Translations under genes and position numbers: made by a program
Assembly (NCBI GenBank): GCA_040882375.1
Contig: JBBEBK010000016.1
Location: forward strand, 1-43,223
Length of the DNA: 43,223 nt
Direction of reading: 5' to 3'
DNA from: Chloroflexota bacterium
GTDB taxonomy: Bacteria > Chloroflexota > Limnocylindria > QHBO01
Shown: in pieces, positions 8,756-17,110 of the stretch
Layout: every line of letters begins with the position of its first letter
How positions within the stretch are numbered: position 1 is the first letter of the stretch
Notes under the pieces: generated by a model
The model's database searches: none
What the model saw: the letters and a program-made list of their open reading frames with translations, nothing else
Told to the model about the DNA's origin: nothing

Positions 8756-9627
8756 CCGATGCGCCGCCATCCATCCGGTCGCGATCGCCGCACCAGCGGC
8801 GCCATCAGCGACTGCACCATGAGACCGAGCGCCACCAGCAGCCCGACGAGCATGGGCGTCGCGCCGACCGAGGCCGTCCGGCCTCCATCCGCCGCCGCGA
8901 CGCCGTCCGCATATGCCAGTCCTTCGGGCAGGGTGGCCAGCAGCGCACGGAGCTGGCCGGTTCGCAGATATGGGGCGAGCTCAGGTTCCAGGAACGTGGG
9001 CGCGATCGCGGCGATCGGCAGGTCGGGCACGCGAGGCAGCACCTGCTCCACCCAGCTCCGCACCGATAGATCGCCACCGGACACGACGAGGGCGAGGGCA
9101 AAGGCATCGAGATCCGCCCCGCGCGACCGAATCGCTTCGACGATCGAGCCCTCGGCACCCGACGGCACAATCCGCGCGATCGCGCCGATCAACCCCGCCT
9201 CCGCGGCGCCGGCAAACCCGAGGTCCGCGATCTCCTCGACCCCGCCGCCCAAACGCTGCAGCCGCGAGAGCTCGGCGACCGCGAGCGCTCGACCCTCGGC
9301 GGTGAAGCTGACCATGGCCAGGCGAGCACCGCGCCCCTGGAGATCGGCTATGGCGGCACGCACCACCGGGCGAATCTCCGCGTAGGTGCCCAGGTCGGCA
9401 TCAAATGCCACGAGCACGAGGGCACGCTCGGGCAGGCGGTCGAACGCGGCGTCCATGCCGTTGGCACGGGTCCGATCCGCGCTCTCCAGGCGCAGCGCGA
9501 CGCCTGCCAGGTCGGGCGGAAGGAGGGTGGCCAGCGTCAGCAGCACCAGCAGCGCCAGAACCGGCGCAGCCTCGCGGACCGCGTCAGTTACGACGTTGCG
9601 ACGGGCAGGGTGTGAACTCTCGCTCAT
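8752..9627 (-). CDS. Hypothetical bitopic membrane protein: N-terminal and C-terminal TM helices flank a soluble domain of about 200 aa (cluster gene 4)
   Basis: 291 aa. TM helices AAPVLALLVLLTLATLL and ATPMLVGLLVALGLMVQSL. GC-rich third codon positions. 3-nt gap to the gene 3 stop. Confidence 0.7.
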   Translation of the reverse strand: MSESSHPARRNVVTDAVREAAPVLALLVLLTLATLLPPDLAGVALRLESADRTRANGMDAAFDRLPERALVLVAFDADLGTYAEIRPVVRAAIADLQGRGARLAMVSFTAEGRALAVAELSRLQRLGGGVEEIADLGFAGAAEAGLIGAIARIVPSGAEGSIVEAIRSRGADLDAFALALVVSGGDLSVRSWVEQVLPRVPDLPIAAIAPTFLEPELAPYLRTGQLRALLATLPEGLAYADGVAAADGGRTASVGATPMLVGLLVALGLMVQSLMAPLVRRSRPDGWRRIG

Positions 9628-9630
9628 CGG

Positions 9631-10248
9631 TCAGTCATCGGCGCTGCCGACGCCCAGCAGGATCCTGGCCGCGCTCACCGCGACCAGGATCGCGATCCCG
9701 ATCAGGAGTCCGCGGAAGACCGCGGCCAACGGCACGTCGCGCACCCAGGCGGCCGCTGTCGCGAGCCCAGCCCCCGGGGCACCACCGATCGGCAACAGCA
9801 GCACGACCATGACGCCAGCCGCGGCGACGGTGACGGTCGCCTCGCGCGTACCGATCGACAGGCCACGCCGAACGGCGCCGAGCAGGAAGAGGAAGACGAG
9901 GGCGAAGAGCGAGCTGGCGATCGGCACGAGCAGTGCGGAGACCAGCCAATTGACCGCCGGATCGGAGCTTCCAGTCGATCCTGGGCGCAGCCCGGCCACG
10001 AGGATCAGCCCCATGCCTCCGACGAGCGTGACTGCCCCCCATCGGTCAGGGCCGCCTCGCGCCAGGTCGCGGAGGTGATGGGCGCCCAGCGTGGCTGCCC
10101 CGCCGACTGCGGCTGCCGCGGCCAGCAGGATCAGCAGTTCGACCAGGCCCCCCGCCAGCAGTTCGAGTGACGGGTTGAGGATGAGCAGATCGAGCAGCAG
10201 AATTGTGCCGGTGGCAAGCGCCAGGCCCGCGGTCAGGGATCGACGCAT
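9631..10248 (-). CDS. Hypothetical polytopic membrane protein, about 5-6 predicted helices (cluster gene 3)
   Basis: 205 aa, almost entirely hydrophobic segments such as GLALATGTILLLDLLIL, LLILLAAAAAVGGAATL, LVPIASSLFALVFLFLLGA and LLIGIAILVAVSAARILL. 4-nt gap to the gene 2 stop. Confidence 0.7.
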   Translation of the reverse strand: MRRSLTAGLALATGTILLLDLLILNPSLELLAGGLVELLILLAAAAAVGGAATLGAHHLRDLARGGPDRWGAVTLVGGMGLILVAGLRPGSTGSSDPAVNWLVSALLVPIASSLFALVFLFLLGAVRRGLSIGTREATVTVAAAGVMVVLLLPIGGAPGAGLATAAAWVRDVPLAAVFRGLLIGIAILVAVSAARILLGVGSADD

Positions 10249-10252
10249 CAGC

Positions 10253-11095
10253 TCAGCGACTCGTCAGAAAGCCGGCCGGATCGGGGGCTCCGGCTGCCAC
10301 CGCCAGCGATGCAATCAGGATCACCGCAATGGCGGTCCACAGGAGGCGGTTCGCGGCATGCACCGCGAGTCGCGCGTCGTGGCTGCCCGCGAGATCGGCG
10401 GGCGCCTGGAAGAGCTCCGGCCCGATCATCACGCCGTCCGCCTCGAGCAGCGGACCGACCGCCTGCGACATCGCCGCCGTGCCACCGATCCCCCACGACG
10501 ATGGGGCGAGAAGTCCTCCGAGCACCAGCATGCCCTCCTCGGCGAGGCCGCCTGCCACGACGGCAACCCCATGGTCCCCGGGGAGGGCCATCGCGCTCGC
10601 GCCGGCGACGGGCCGCCCCTCTCCGACGAATTCGACCGATGAGTTCACCGCCCGCTCCGGTGTGTTTGTGCGGCGATGGGCATCGATGAGCACACCCTCG
10701 GCGAGCAGCGCCGCGATCGGATCGTTGGTGATTACCCGGAGCGGGACACCGGCTCGTGCTGCTGCGCGTGCGACGTGCGCGAGGATGGGGAGCGCCGCCA
10801 CCGTCTGGAGACGATCGAGTGCTCCCGTGGCGCGGGTGATCCCCGCGCTGCCGATGGAGACGATGGCGGAGGTGCCCGACTCGGCGGCCCGTGCCATGGC
10901 ATGCCCAACCGCGGCGAGCCGGCCGAGGTCCCGCCCCGCCCATCGAGCGCGTGGACGAGCGACGAGCGAGAGGAGCACCAGCGGGACGAGCAGCAGGGCG
11001 ATCGTCGAGACCGGCCCGAGGCGCATGGAGGAGTCCTCCATCGCACCCGCGATGAGCCCCACCAGCCAGGCAGCGAACTCGCCAATATTCGGCAT
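10253..11095 (-). CDS. Hypothetical membrane protein: two N-terminal helices and one C-terminal helix flank a soluble Ala/Gly-rich domain (cluster gene 2)
   Basis: 280 aa. FAAWLVGLIAGAM, VSTIALLLVPLVLLSLVA and the C-terminal LLWTAIAVILIASLAVAAGA. The AGGAAG Shine-Dalgarno lies 5 nt upstream of the ATG. The ATG directly abuts the gene 1 TAG (TAGATG). Confidence 0.7.
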   Translation of the reverse strand: MPNIGEFAAWLVGLIAGAMEDSSMRLGPVSTIALLLVPLVLLSLVARPRARWAGRDLGRLAAVGHAMARAAESGTSAIVSIGSAGITRATGALDRLQTVAALPILAHVARAAARAGVPLRVITNDPIAALLAEGVLIDAHRRTNTPERAVNSSVEFVGEGRPVAGASAMALPGDHGVAVVAGGLAEEGMLVLGGLLAPSSWGIGGTAAMSQAVGPLLEADGVMIGPELFQAPADLAGSHDARLAVHAANRLLWTAIAVILIASLAVAAGAPDPAGFLTSR

Positions 11096-11446
11096 CTAGG
11101 CTTCCTGCTCGCCGGGCCCGCTACTGGGCGCGGCGCTGGACGCGGTGCGGTGCGTCGCGAGCCGCCCGGCCAGCCGGTCGTAGGCCGCCGAGTCGGCTCC
11201 GGCGGCGACCAGTCGGTCGAGGCGCCACCTGCCCAGCAGCGGGCCGGCGAAGGGCGCCAGAAAGATCCCCGCCAGGCGGAGGATCGGCAGGAGCGGGCGA
11301 TGCGCATCGAGCAGGATGGCGGCCGGGGCGGCCAGCCCGCGTTGCGCGAGGTCGCGAGAAATCGACGCGAGCGCTTCGTCGCGCCCGGGGTCCATCGTCG
11401 GCGCTGACGATCTGGCTTGCGGGTCGGATTGCTTCGGGTCAGGCAT
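11096..11446 (-). CDS. Small hypothetical protein with one hydrophobic helix (cluster gene 1)
   Basis: 116-aa ORF. The first 17 codons have AT-rich third positions, whereas codons after the ATG at 11395 (MDPGRDEAL...) are GC3-rich. The real start is therefore probably 11395 (99 aa). Helix: LLPILRLAGIFLAPFAGPLL. Confidence 0.45.
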   Translation of the reverse strand: MPDPKQSDPQARSSAPTMDPGRDEALASISRDLAQRGLAAPAAILLDAHRPLLPILRLAGIFLAPFAGPLLGRWRLDRLVAAGADSAAYDRLAGRLATHRTASSAAPSSGPGEQEA

Positions 11447-11473
11447 GGTCGATTGGTCGCTCGCTCGACGACC

Positions 11474-12628
11474 TCACCCGGCGTCCGCGGTCACCTCCGG
11501 TAGATGCACGCGCGGGAGGCGGTCGCGGAGGGCGGTCGTTACTTCGTAGTTGATGGTGCGTCGCTCGGCCGCGACCTCATCGGCGCTGATGCGGGCGTTC
11601 AACTGCTCGCCGATCAGGACGAACTCGTCGTCGTAGGTTACATCATGGAGATCGCCGAGATCGACGGTGATGCCGTCCATGCTGACCGCTCCGACGATCG
11701 GACGAACCGTGCCTCGCACCAGGACGCGGCCGTTGTTGGCGTGCGCGCGTGGCCAGCCGTCGCCGTAACCGATCCCGAGGGTGGCGATCCGCGTTGCTCG
11801 CTCGGCGCGGTATCGAAGCCCGTACCCGATCGCCGCTCCCGCCGGCAGGTCATAGACACGCAGCGGCAATGCTCGCAGCGACAGGATCGGGCGGAGGCCA
11901 TGGTCGCTTGATGCTGCCCACGCGGGGAGCATGCCGTAGAGCCCGAGCCCTGGGCGGATGGCGTCGGCGAACGGAGCGGCGTCGGCCAGCAGGCCGCCCG
12001 TCCCGGCGACGTGGACGAGCCCGGGATCGATGCCGGCCGATCGCATGGCATCAAGCGCCTGGGCGAGCCGAAGCAGCTGCACATCGGTGTAGGCGTCGTC
12101 CTCGCCGGGAACGGCCAGGTGGCTCATCGTTCCGACGAGGTGCAGGTGTCGACTGCGCGCCACGAGCAGCGCCAACTCGACCGCGGCCGCGGGCTCGCTC
12201 CCCTGTCGCCCGAGGCCGGAGTCCACCTTGAGATGGACCGATGCCCGTGCGCCCACGTCGGCCGCCGCGCGTGCCAGCAGTTCGATGCCGGGGCGGTCAT
12301 ACACGATCGCCTCGAGGCTCGCGGCGACCGCGGCCGCGGCCTCCGGCGCGCCAAGGCCCCACAAGACCAGGATCGGGACGCTGATGCCGGCATCGCGCAG
12401 CGCGATCCCTTCACCCAGCGTGGCGACGGCGAGGCGCTCGACCCCATGGCGAACCAGGGTGCGGCTCACCTCGATTGCTCCGTGGCCATAGGCGTTCGCC
12501 TTGACCACCGCGATCATCTCGCGACCGCTCCCCGCGCGCCGGCGGAGCTGCGCCAGGTTCTCGACCAGGGCTGAGTGATCGATCTCGATCCACGCGCGAT
12601 GCGGGCTGCGTGCCGCGTAGGTGGTCAT
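11474..12628 (-). CDS. alr: Alanine racemase
   Basis: 384 aa with the PLP-lysine motif AVVKANAYGHGA and a typical C-terminal beta domain. ATGA overlap with the nnrD stop. Confidence 0.93.
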   Translation of the reverse strand: MTTYAARSPHRAWIEIDHSALVENLAQLRRRAGSGREMIAVVKANAYGHGAIEVSRTLVRHGVERLAVATLGEGIALRDAGISVPILVLWGLGAPEAAAAVAASLEAIVYDRPGIELLARAAADVGARASVHLKVDSGLGRQGSEPAAAVELALLVARSRHLHLVGTMSHLAVPGEDDAYTDVQLLRLAQALDAMRSAGIDPGLVHVAGTGGLLADAAPFADAIRPGLGLYGMLPAWAASSDHGLRPILSLRALPLRVYDLPAGAAIGYGLRYRAERATRIATLGIGYGDGWPRAHANNGRVLVRGTVRPIVGAVSMDGITVDLGDLHDVTYDDEFVLIGEQLNARISADEVAAERRTINYEVTTALRDRLPRVHLPEVTADAG

Positions 12629-13527
12629 CCGGATCGCCCGCCGCCCAGCTGCACAATCGCCTCGGGGAGCAGGTTCGCCAGGTCGCGTGCCACAACGCCG
12701 GCGCGTCCGATCCGATCCTCGGCCAGGAGTCCCGCCGCACCGTGAACGGCCACTCCACAGCCGGCCGCATCGAACGGCGCCAGACCCGCGGCGAGGAATG
12801 CCCCGATGGCGCCGGCGAGCACGTCCCCGCTGCCTGCCGTGGCAAGCGCCGGTGTGGCGATATCGGAGCGCACCAGCTCGCCTGCCGGGCCGGCAATCAC
12901 CGTGCGGGCACCCTTGAGGACCACCACCTGGCCCCAGCGTCGCGCCGCCTCGCGCGCCGCTTCAAGGCGCACGTCGTCATCGTCGGAGAGCCGCTCGCCG
13001 GCGGGCAGGCGGCTCAACCTGGCGAACTCGCCGGGGTGGGGGGTCAGCACCAGCGGCCCGCCGACCGCGTGCCACCAGCGATCGCTCTCGGCCAGGGCGA
13101 TCAGGGCGTCGGCATCGACCACGGCCGGGCGGCGCAGCTCGCCGATGAAGTTGCGCGCCCGCCGCAGCGTCGCCGGCTGACGACCAAGGCCCGGCCCGAT
13201 GGCCAGCGCCTCGTAGTTCGGGACCTCGGCCACCAGGCGGCGCCATCCGGCCGGTGCAGTCAGGCCGGGGGCCTCCTCGACGAGCAGCATCGAGGTCAAC
13301 TCGGGCACAAGACCGAGCAGTCGAACACCGACCGCCTCGGGTGTGGCCAGGCAGGCGAGGCCGACGCCGGCACGAATCGCCCCGAGCCCGGTGAGCAGCG
13401 CTGCTCCTGCATATTCGAGAGAGCCGGCCACGATCAGGAGTCGCCCGAAGGTCCCCTTGTGAGCGCGCGCCGGGCGATCGGGCAGCCGTTTGGCGACCCA
13501 GCCCTGCGTCAGCGAGGCGACGGCCAC
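12625..13527 (-). CDS. nnrD: ADP-dependent (S)-NAD(P)H-hydrate dehydratase (YjeF C-terminal/carbohydrate-kinase-like domain only)
   Basis: HKGTFGRLLIVAGS...VVDADAL...VLTPHPGEFARL...GSGDVLAG are hallmark motifs. 300 aa, with no N-terminal epimerase domain. Confidence 0.88.
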   Translation of the reverse strand: MAVASLTQGWVAKRLPDRPARAHKGTFGRLLIVAGSLEYAGAALLTGLGAIRAGVGLACLATPEAVGVRLLGLVPELTSMLLVEEAPGLTAPAGWRRLVAEVPNYEALAIGPGLGRQPATLRRARNFIGELRRPAVVDADALIALAESDRWWHAVGGPLVLTPHPGEFARLSRLPAGERLSDDDDVRLEAAREAARRWGQVVVLKGARTVIAGPAGELVRSDIATPALATAGSGDVLAGAIGAFLAAGLAPFDAAGCGVAVHGAAGLLAEDRIGRAGVVARDLANLLPEAIVQLGGGRSG

Positions 13528-13531
13528 TTCG

Positions 13532-13912
13532 CTAGGGCCCGTCGCTGCGGTGAGCCACCGCCACGGCGATCGCCATTCGGCGTTCGTGCGAGATGGTGAC
13601 CGTCACGTCGCCGAGCCCCAGGGCGGCCGCTCGCGCGGCCGCCCGCCGGTGGAGCAGCACCTGCGGGGCGCCGGCCCGGTTGGGCAGGATCTCGATCTCG
13701 CGCCATCCGACGCCCCGGACCCCGAGGCCGAGCACCTTGCTGATCGCCTCCTTGGCCGCCCACCGACCGGCGATGCGTTCGACCTTGCTGCCGCAGTAGC
13801 GGGCCTCGCCATCGGTCAGCACGCGCGCGCGGAAGCGATCCGGAAAACGACCGAGCAGCGCGACGATGCGGTCGATGTCGATCAGGTCCACCCCGATCTC
13901 GTGGCGGCTCAT
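13532..13912 (-). CDS. acpS: Holo-[acyl-carrier-protein] synthase
   Basis: MSRHEIGVDLIDIDRI...GRWAAKEAISKVLG...ISHE, 126 aa. The start at 13912 was chosen because the rest of the 282-aa track ORF overlaps glmS in an Arg-rich frame. Confidence 0.9.
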   Translation of the reverse strand: MSRHEIGVDLIDIDRIVALLGRFPDRFRARVLTDGEARYCGSKVERIAGRWAAKEAISKVLGLGVRGVGWREIEILPNRAGAPQVLLHRRAAARAAALGLGDVTVTISHERRMAIAVAVAHRSDGP

Positions 13913-13932
13913 TCCGCTGGCGTCAAGTCCGA

Positions 13933-15762
13933 CTATTCGACCGTGACCGACTTGGCCAGGTTGCGCGGCTGGTCCACGTCGGTGCCCCGCGCTACCGCGA
14001 CCTCGTAGGCCAGCAGCTGCAACGGCAGCATCGCGACCACCGCGGACATCGGCTCGAGCGTCTCCGGGACGTAGAAGACATCCTGGGCGTAGTGGCCGAT
14101 CTCCTCGTCCCCCACCGTTGCCACGGCAACCACCGGGGCCTCCCGGGCGCGGACCTCGGCGATGTTGCTCACCACCTTCTCGTAGGTCGCCCCCCTGGTC
14201 GCGACGGCGACGAGCGGCGTGTGCGGGTCGAGAAGCGCGATCGGGCCGTGTTTCAGCTCGCCGGCGGCGTAGCCCTCGGCGTGCACGTACGACAGCTCCT
14301 TGAGCTTCAGCGCGCCCTCCAGGGCGATCGGATACCCGAGGGCGCGGCCGATGAACATGACGCTCCGAACGTCGGTCCACGTGCGGGCCAGCTTCTTGAT
14401 CTGCGGGGCGAGCTTCAGCGTCTCCGCAGTCTGCGCGGGAAGCTCACGCAGGGCGAGCCCGAATGAGCGGAGCTGGCGATCGGTGAGCGTCCCGCGCAGT
14501 CGCGCGAGGTGCAGGGCGATCATCTGCAGCACGACCACCTGGGTGACGAACGCCTTCGTCGAGGCAACCGCCACCTCCGGTCCCGCCTGCAGGTAGCAGA
14601 TCGCGTCGGCCTCGCGGGTGATGGCGCTGCCGACCACGTTGGTGACCACCACGATGGTGGCACCGCGCTCCGCGGCCAGCTTCTGGGGGGCCAGCGTATC
14701 GGCCGTTTCGCCGGACTGGCTGACGCTGATGACGAGCGTGCGATCGTCGATTGGGGGTGGCGAGTAGCGCATCTCGGAGCCGATCTGGCTCGCCGCCGGC
14801 AATCCCGCCCATTCCTGGATCAGGTGGGCGCCGACCTGGCCCGCGTATCGCGCTGTCCCGCAGCCGACGAGATAGACCCGCTCGACGCGGCGCAGCTTCT
14901 CCTCGATCTCGTCGAGCTCGACGAGACTGACGTTGCCGTGGCCATCCACCCGCCCGCGGAGCGCCTCCTGGATGGCGTGCGGCTGCTCGTAGATCTCCTT
15001 GAGCGTGAAGTGCGGGAAACCGCCCTTCTCCGCAGCTTCGATGCTCCACCGAATCCGCGTCACCTCGCGGTCGACCCTCGAGCCGTCGAGATCGATGATC
15101 CGCACCCCGGCGGCGGTCACGTCGGCGATGTCGCCCTCGTGCAGGATCACCACGTTCTTGGTGTGCTCCAGGATGGCCGGCACGTCGCTGGCCAGGAATC
15201 CCTCGCCATCACCGAGTCCCACGATGAGCGGCACGTTCATGCGGGCCCCGACGATCCGGTCCGGGTGGTCGGCGTGCATGACCCCAATGGCGTAGGCACC
15301 GCGAACATCGTTCAGGGCACGGCGCACGGCCTCGACCAGGTCACCGGCGTAGTGCTCCTCGATCAGGTGGACGAGGACCTCCGTGTCGGTGTCGGACGAG
15401 AAGCGGTGGCCGGAGGCGGTCAGGCGGCGCTTGATCTCAGCGTAGTTCTCGATGATGCCGTTGTGGATCAGGGCGAGTTTGCCGGTGCAGTCCGTGTGCG
15501 GGTGGGCGTTGAGATCGGTCGGCCGGCCGTGGGTGGCCCAGCGGGTGTGCGCGATCCCCGGGCCCCCCGCCGGAGTCTCCCCGTTGAGGTGGTCGGTGAG
15601 GTTCGTCAGCTTCCCGGCCTTCTTCTCGATGAAGACCTTTCCTTCCGAGGTCACCAGCGCAATGCCCGCTGAGTCGTAGCCGCGGTACTCGAGTCGCCGC
15701 AGGCCCTCAAGCAGGATGGGGGCCGCGTCGCGCTGGCCGACATAGCCGACGATGCCGCACAT
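13933..15762 (-). CDS. glmS: Glutamine--fructose-6-phosphate aminotransferase (isomerising)
   Basis: 609 aa. N-terminal MCGIVGY catalytic Cys, two SIS domains and the C-terminal ...LAKSVTVE. Strong GGAGGAGG Shine-Dalgarno. Confidence 0.97.
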   Translation of the reverse strand: MCGIVGYVGQRDAAPILLEGLRRLEYRGYDSAGIALVTSEGKVFIEKKAGKLTNLTDHLNGETPAGGPGIAHTRWATHGRPTDLNAHPHTDCTGKLALIHNGIIENYAEIKRRLTASGHRFSSDTDTEVLVHLIEEHYAGDLVEAVRRALNDVRGAYAIGVMHADHPDRIVGARMNVPLIVGLGDGEGFLASDVPAILEHTKNVVILHEGDIADVTAAGVRIIDLDGSRVDREVTRIRWSIEAAEKGGFPHFTLKEIYEQPHAIQEALRGRVDGHGNVSLVELDEIEEKLRRVERVYLVGCGTARYAGQVGAHLIQEWAGLPAASQIGSEMRYSPPPIDDRTLVISVSQSGETADTLAPQKLAAERGATIVVVTNVVGSAITREADAICYLQAGPEVAVASTKAFVTQVVVLQMIALHLARLRGTLTDRQLRSFGLALRELPAQTAETLKLAPQIKKLARTWTDVRSVMFIGRALGYPIALEGALKLKELSYVHAEGYAAGELKHGPIALLDPHTPLVAVATRGATYEKVVSNIAEVRAREAPVVAVATVGDEEIGHYAQDVFYVPETLEPMSAVVAMLPLQLLAYEVAVARGTDVDQPRNLAKSVTVE

Positions 15763-15778
15763 ACGCTCGCCTCCTCCT

Positions 15779-17110
15779 CTAGTTCAGGCGCCCGACTGCC
15801 AGCTCGGAGAGGCCCCTGGCAATCTCTTCGATCTCGCCGGCATCGTCGCCCTCGACCATGATCCGAATCATGGGCTCGGTCCCCGAAGGTCGTACCAGGA
15901 TCCGCCCCTGCGCGCCCAGCCGGGCTTCCGCGCGGGCCACTGCGCTGGCGAACTCGGGATCGAGCTCCCATTGATCCCGGTGGCGGACGGCTGAGTTTAT
16001 CATCACCTGCGGAACGATCGGAATTCGGTCGGCCAGCTCGCCGAGGCTCGGCCCGCCCGCCGCGCGCACCGTACGGATCAGCTCGATGGCGGTCAGCATT
16101 CCGTCGCCGGTCGAGGCGCGATCGCGAAAGATGATGTGCCCGGACTGCTCGCCCCCGAGGACCGCGTCGGCGCGCTCCATCGCCTCGAGCACGTGGCGGT
16201 CCCCGACCGGCGTGCGCAGCATCTTCCCGCCGGCAGCGACGATGGCGCGTTCCAATCCCGCGTTGCTCATCACCGTGGCAACCAGGATCCCGTTCCGCAA
16301 CGTGCCCTCCGCGAGGCGGGCGAGGGCACAGATTCCCATCACCTTGTCGCCGTCGACGAGGCTCCCGCGCTCGTCCACCGCGATCAGGCGATCGCCATCA
16401 CCGTCGAACGCGAGCCCAAGGTCAAGGCCCTCGGAACGGACTGCGGCGGCAAGCGCCTCGGGGTGAGTCGAACCAGATCCGAGGTTGATGTTGGCCCCAT
16501 CCGGGCTGGCACCCAGCGCAGTGACCCGGGCTCCCAGTTCGCGGAACAGATCGGGCGCGATGACGCTGGCGGAGCCGTTGGCGCAGTCGAGGCCGATGCG
16601 AAGCCCGGCCAGCGCATCTCCGGCCGCGATGCGCAGGTGATCGCGGTACCGTTCGATCCACGAATCGTCGCGGACGATCCTACCCAGCCCGGCGTTCGTG
16701 CCGCCGGGCAGCGATTCTGCACGCAGGATCAGCCGCTCCAGTTCCTCTTCGGCCTCGTCGTCAAACTTGCGGCCGCCCGACACCACCTTCAGACCGTTGT
16801 CGTCGGCCGGATTGTGCGAGGCGGAGACCATGATCCCCGCGGCGAATTCGCCCGTTTCGGCGATGTACGCCAGGCAGGGCGTGGTCACGACCCCGACCTC
16901 GACGGCATCGACACCCACCGATGCCAGCCCCGCCGCCGTCGCCGCGACGAGCATGTCCCCTGATCGACGGGTGTCCTGTCCGATCACCACCTGCCGGCCC
17001 CGAGCGTCAAGCAGGTGGCCGACCGCGCGGCCGAGGTCGTGGGCGAGCGTCGGGGTCAGGTCGACGTTGGCAACGCCGCGAATCCCATCGGTGCCGAAGA
17101 GGCGACCCAT
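15779..17110 (-). CDS. glmM: Phosphoglucosamine mutase
   Basis: MGRLFGTDGIRG, the phosphoserine loop SASHNPADDNG, and GGEQSGH. ATG at 17110 forms an ATGA overlap with the cdaR stop. The 90 upstream codons of the track ORF are shadow. Confidence 0.96.
   Translation of the reverse strand: MGRLFGTDGIRGVANVDLTPTLAHDLGRAVGHLLDARGRQVVIGQDTRRSGDMLVAATAAGLASVGVDAVEVGVVTTPCLAYIAETGEFAAGIMVSASHNPADDNGLKVVSGGRKFDDEAEEELERLILRAESLPGGTNAGLGRIVRDDSWIERYRDHLRIAAGDALAGLRIGLDCANGSASVIAPDLFRELGARVTALGASPDGANINLGSGSTHPEALAAAVRSEGLDLGLAFDGDGDRLIAVDERGSLVDGDKVMGICALARLAEGTLRNGILVATVMSNAGLERAIVAAGGKMLRTPVGDRHVLEAMERADAVLGGEQSGHIIFRDRASTGDGMLTAIELIRTVRAAGGPSLGELADRIPIVPQVMINSAVRHRDQWELDPEFASAVARAEARLGAQGRILVRPSGTEPMIRIMVEGDDAGEIEEIARGLSELAVGRLN

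Noticed and set aside
5416-11446. Interpreting the unknown cluster as a horizontally acquired genomic island or defence system
   Set aside because: There are no integrase, transposase, tRNA attachment site, flanking repeats, nuclease/helicase/methylase motifs or visible drop in GC3. The content is membrane proteins plus an ASKHA ATPase, tightly embedded in a housekeeping operon.
15763-15778. glmS ribozyme/riboswitch upstream of glmS, expected from the Firmicute-like cdaA-cdaR-glmM-glmS layout
   Set aside because: Only 16 nt, containing the GGAGGAGG Shine-Dalgarno, separate the glmM stop from the glmS ATG. There is no room for the ribozyme of roughly 170 nt.
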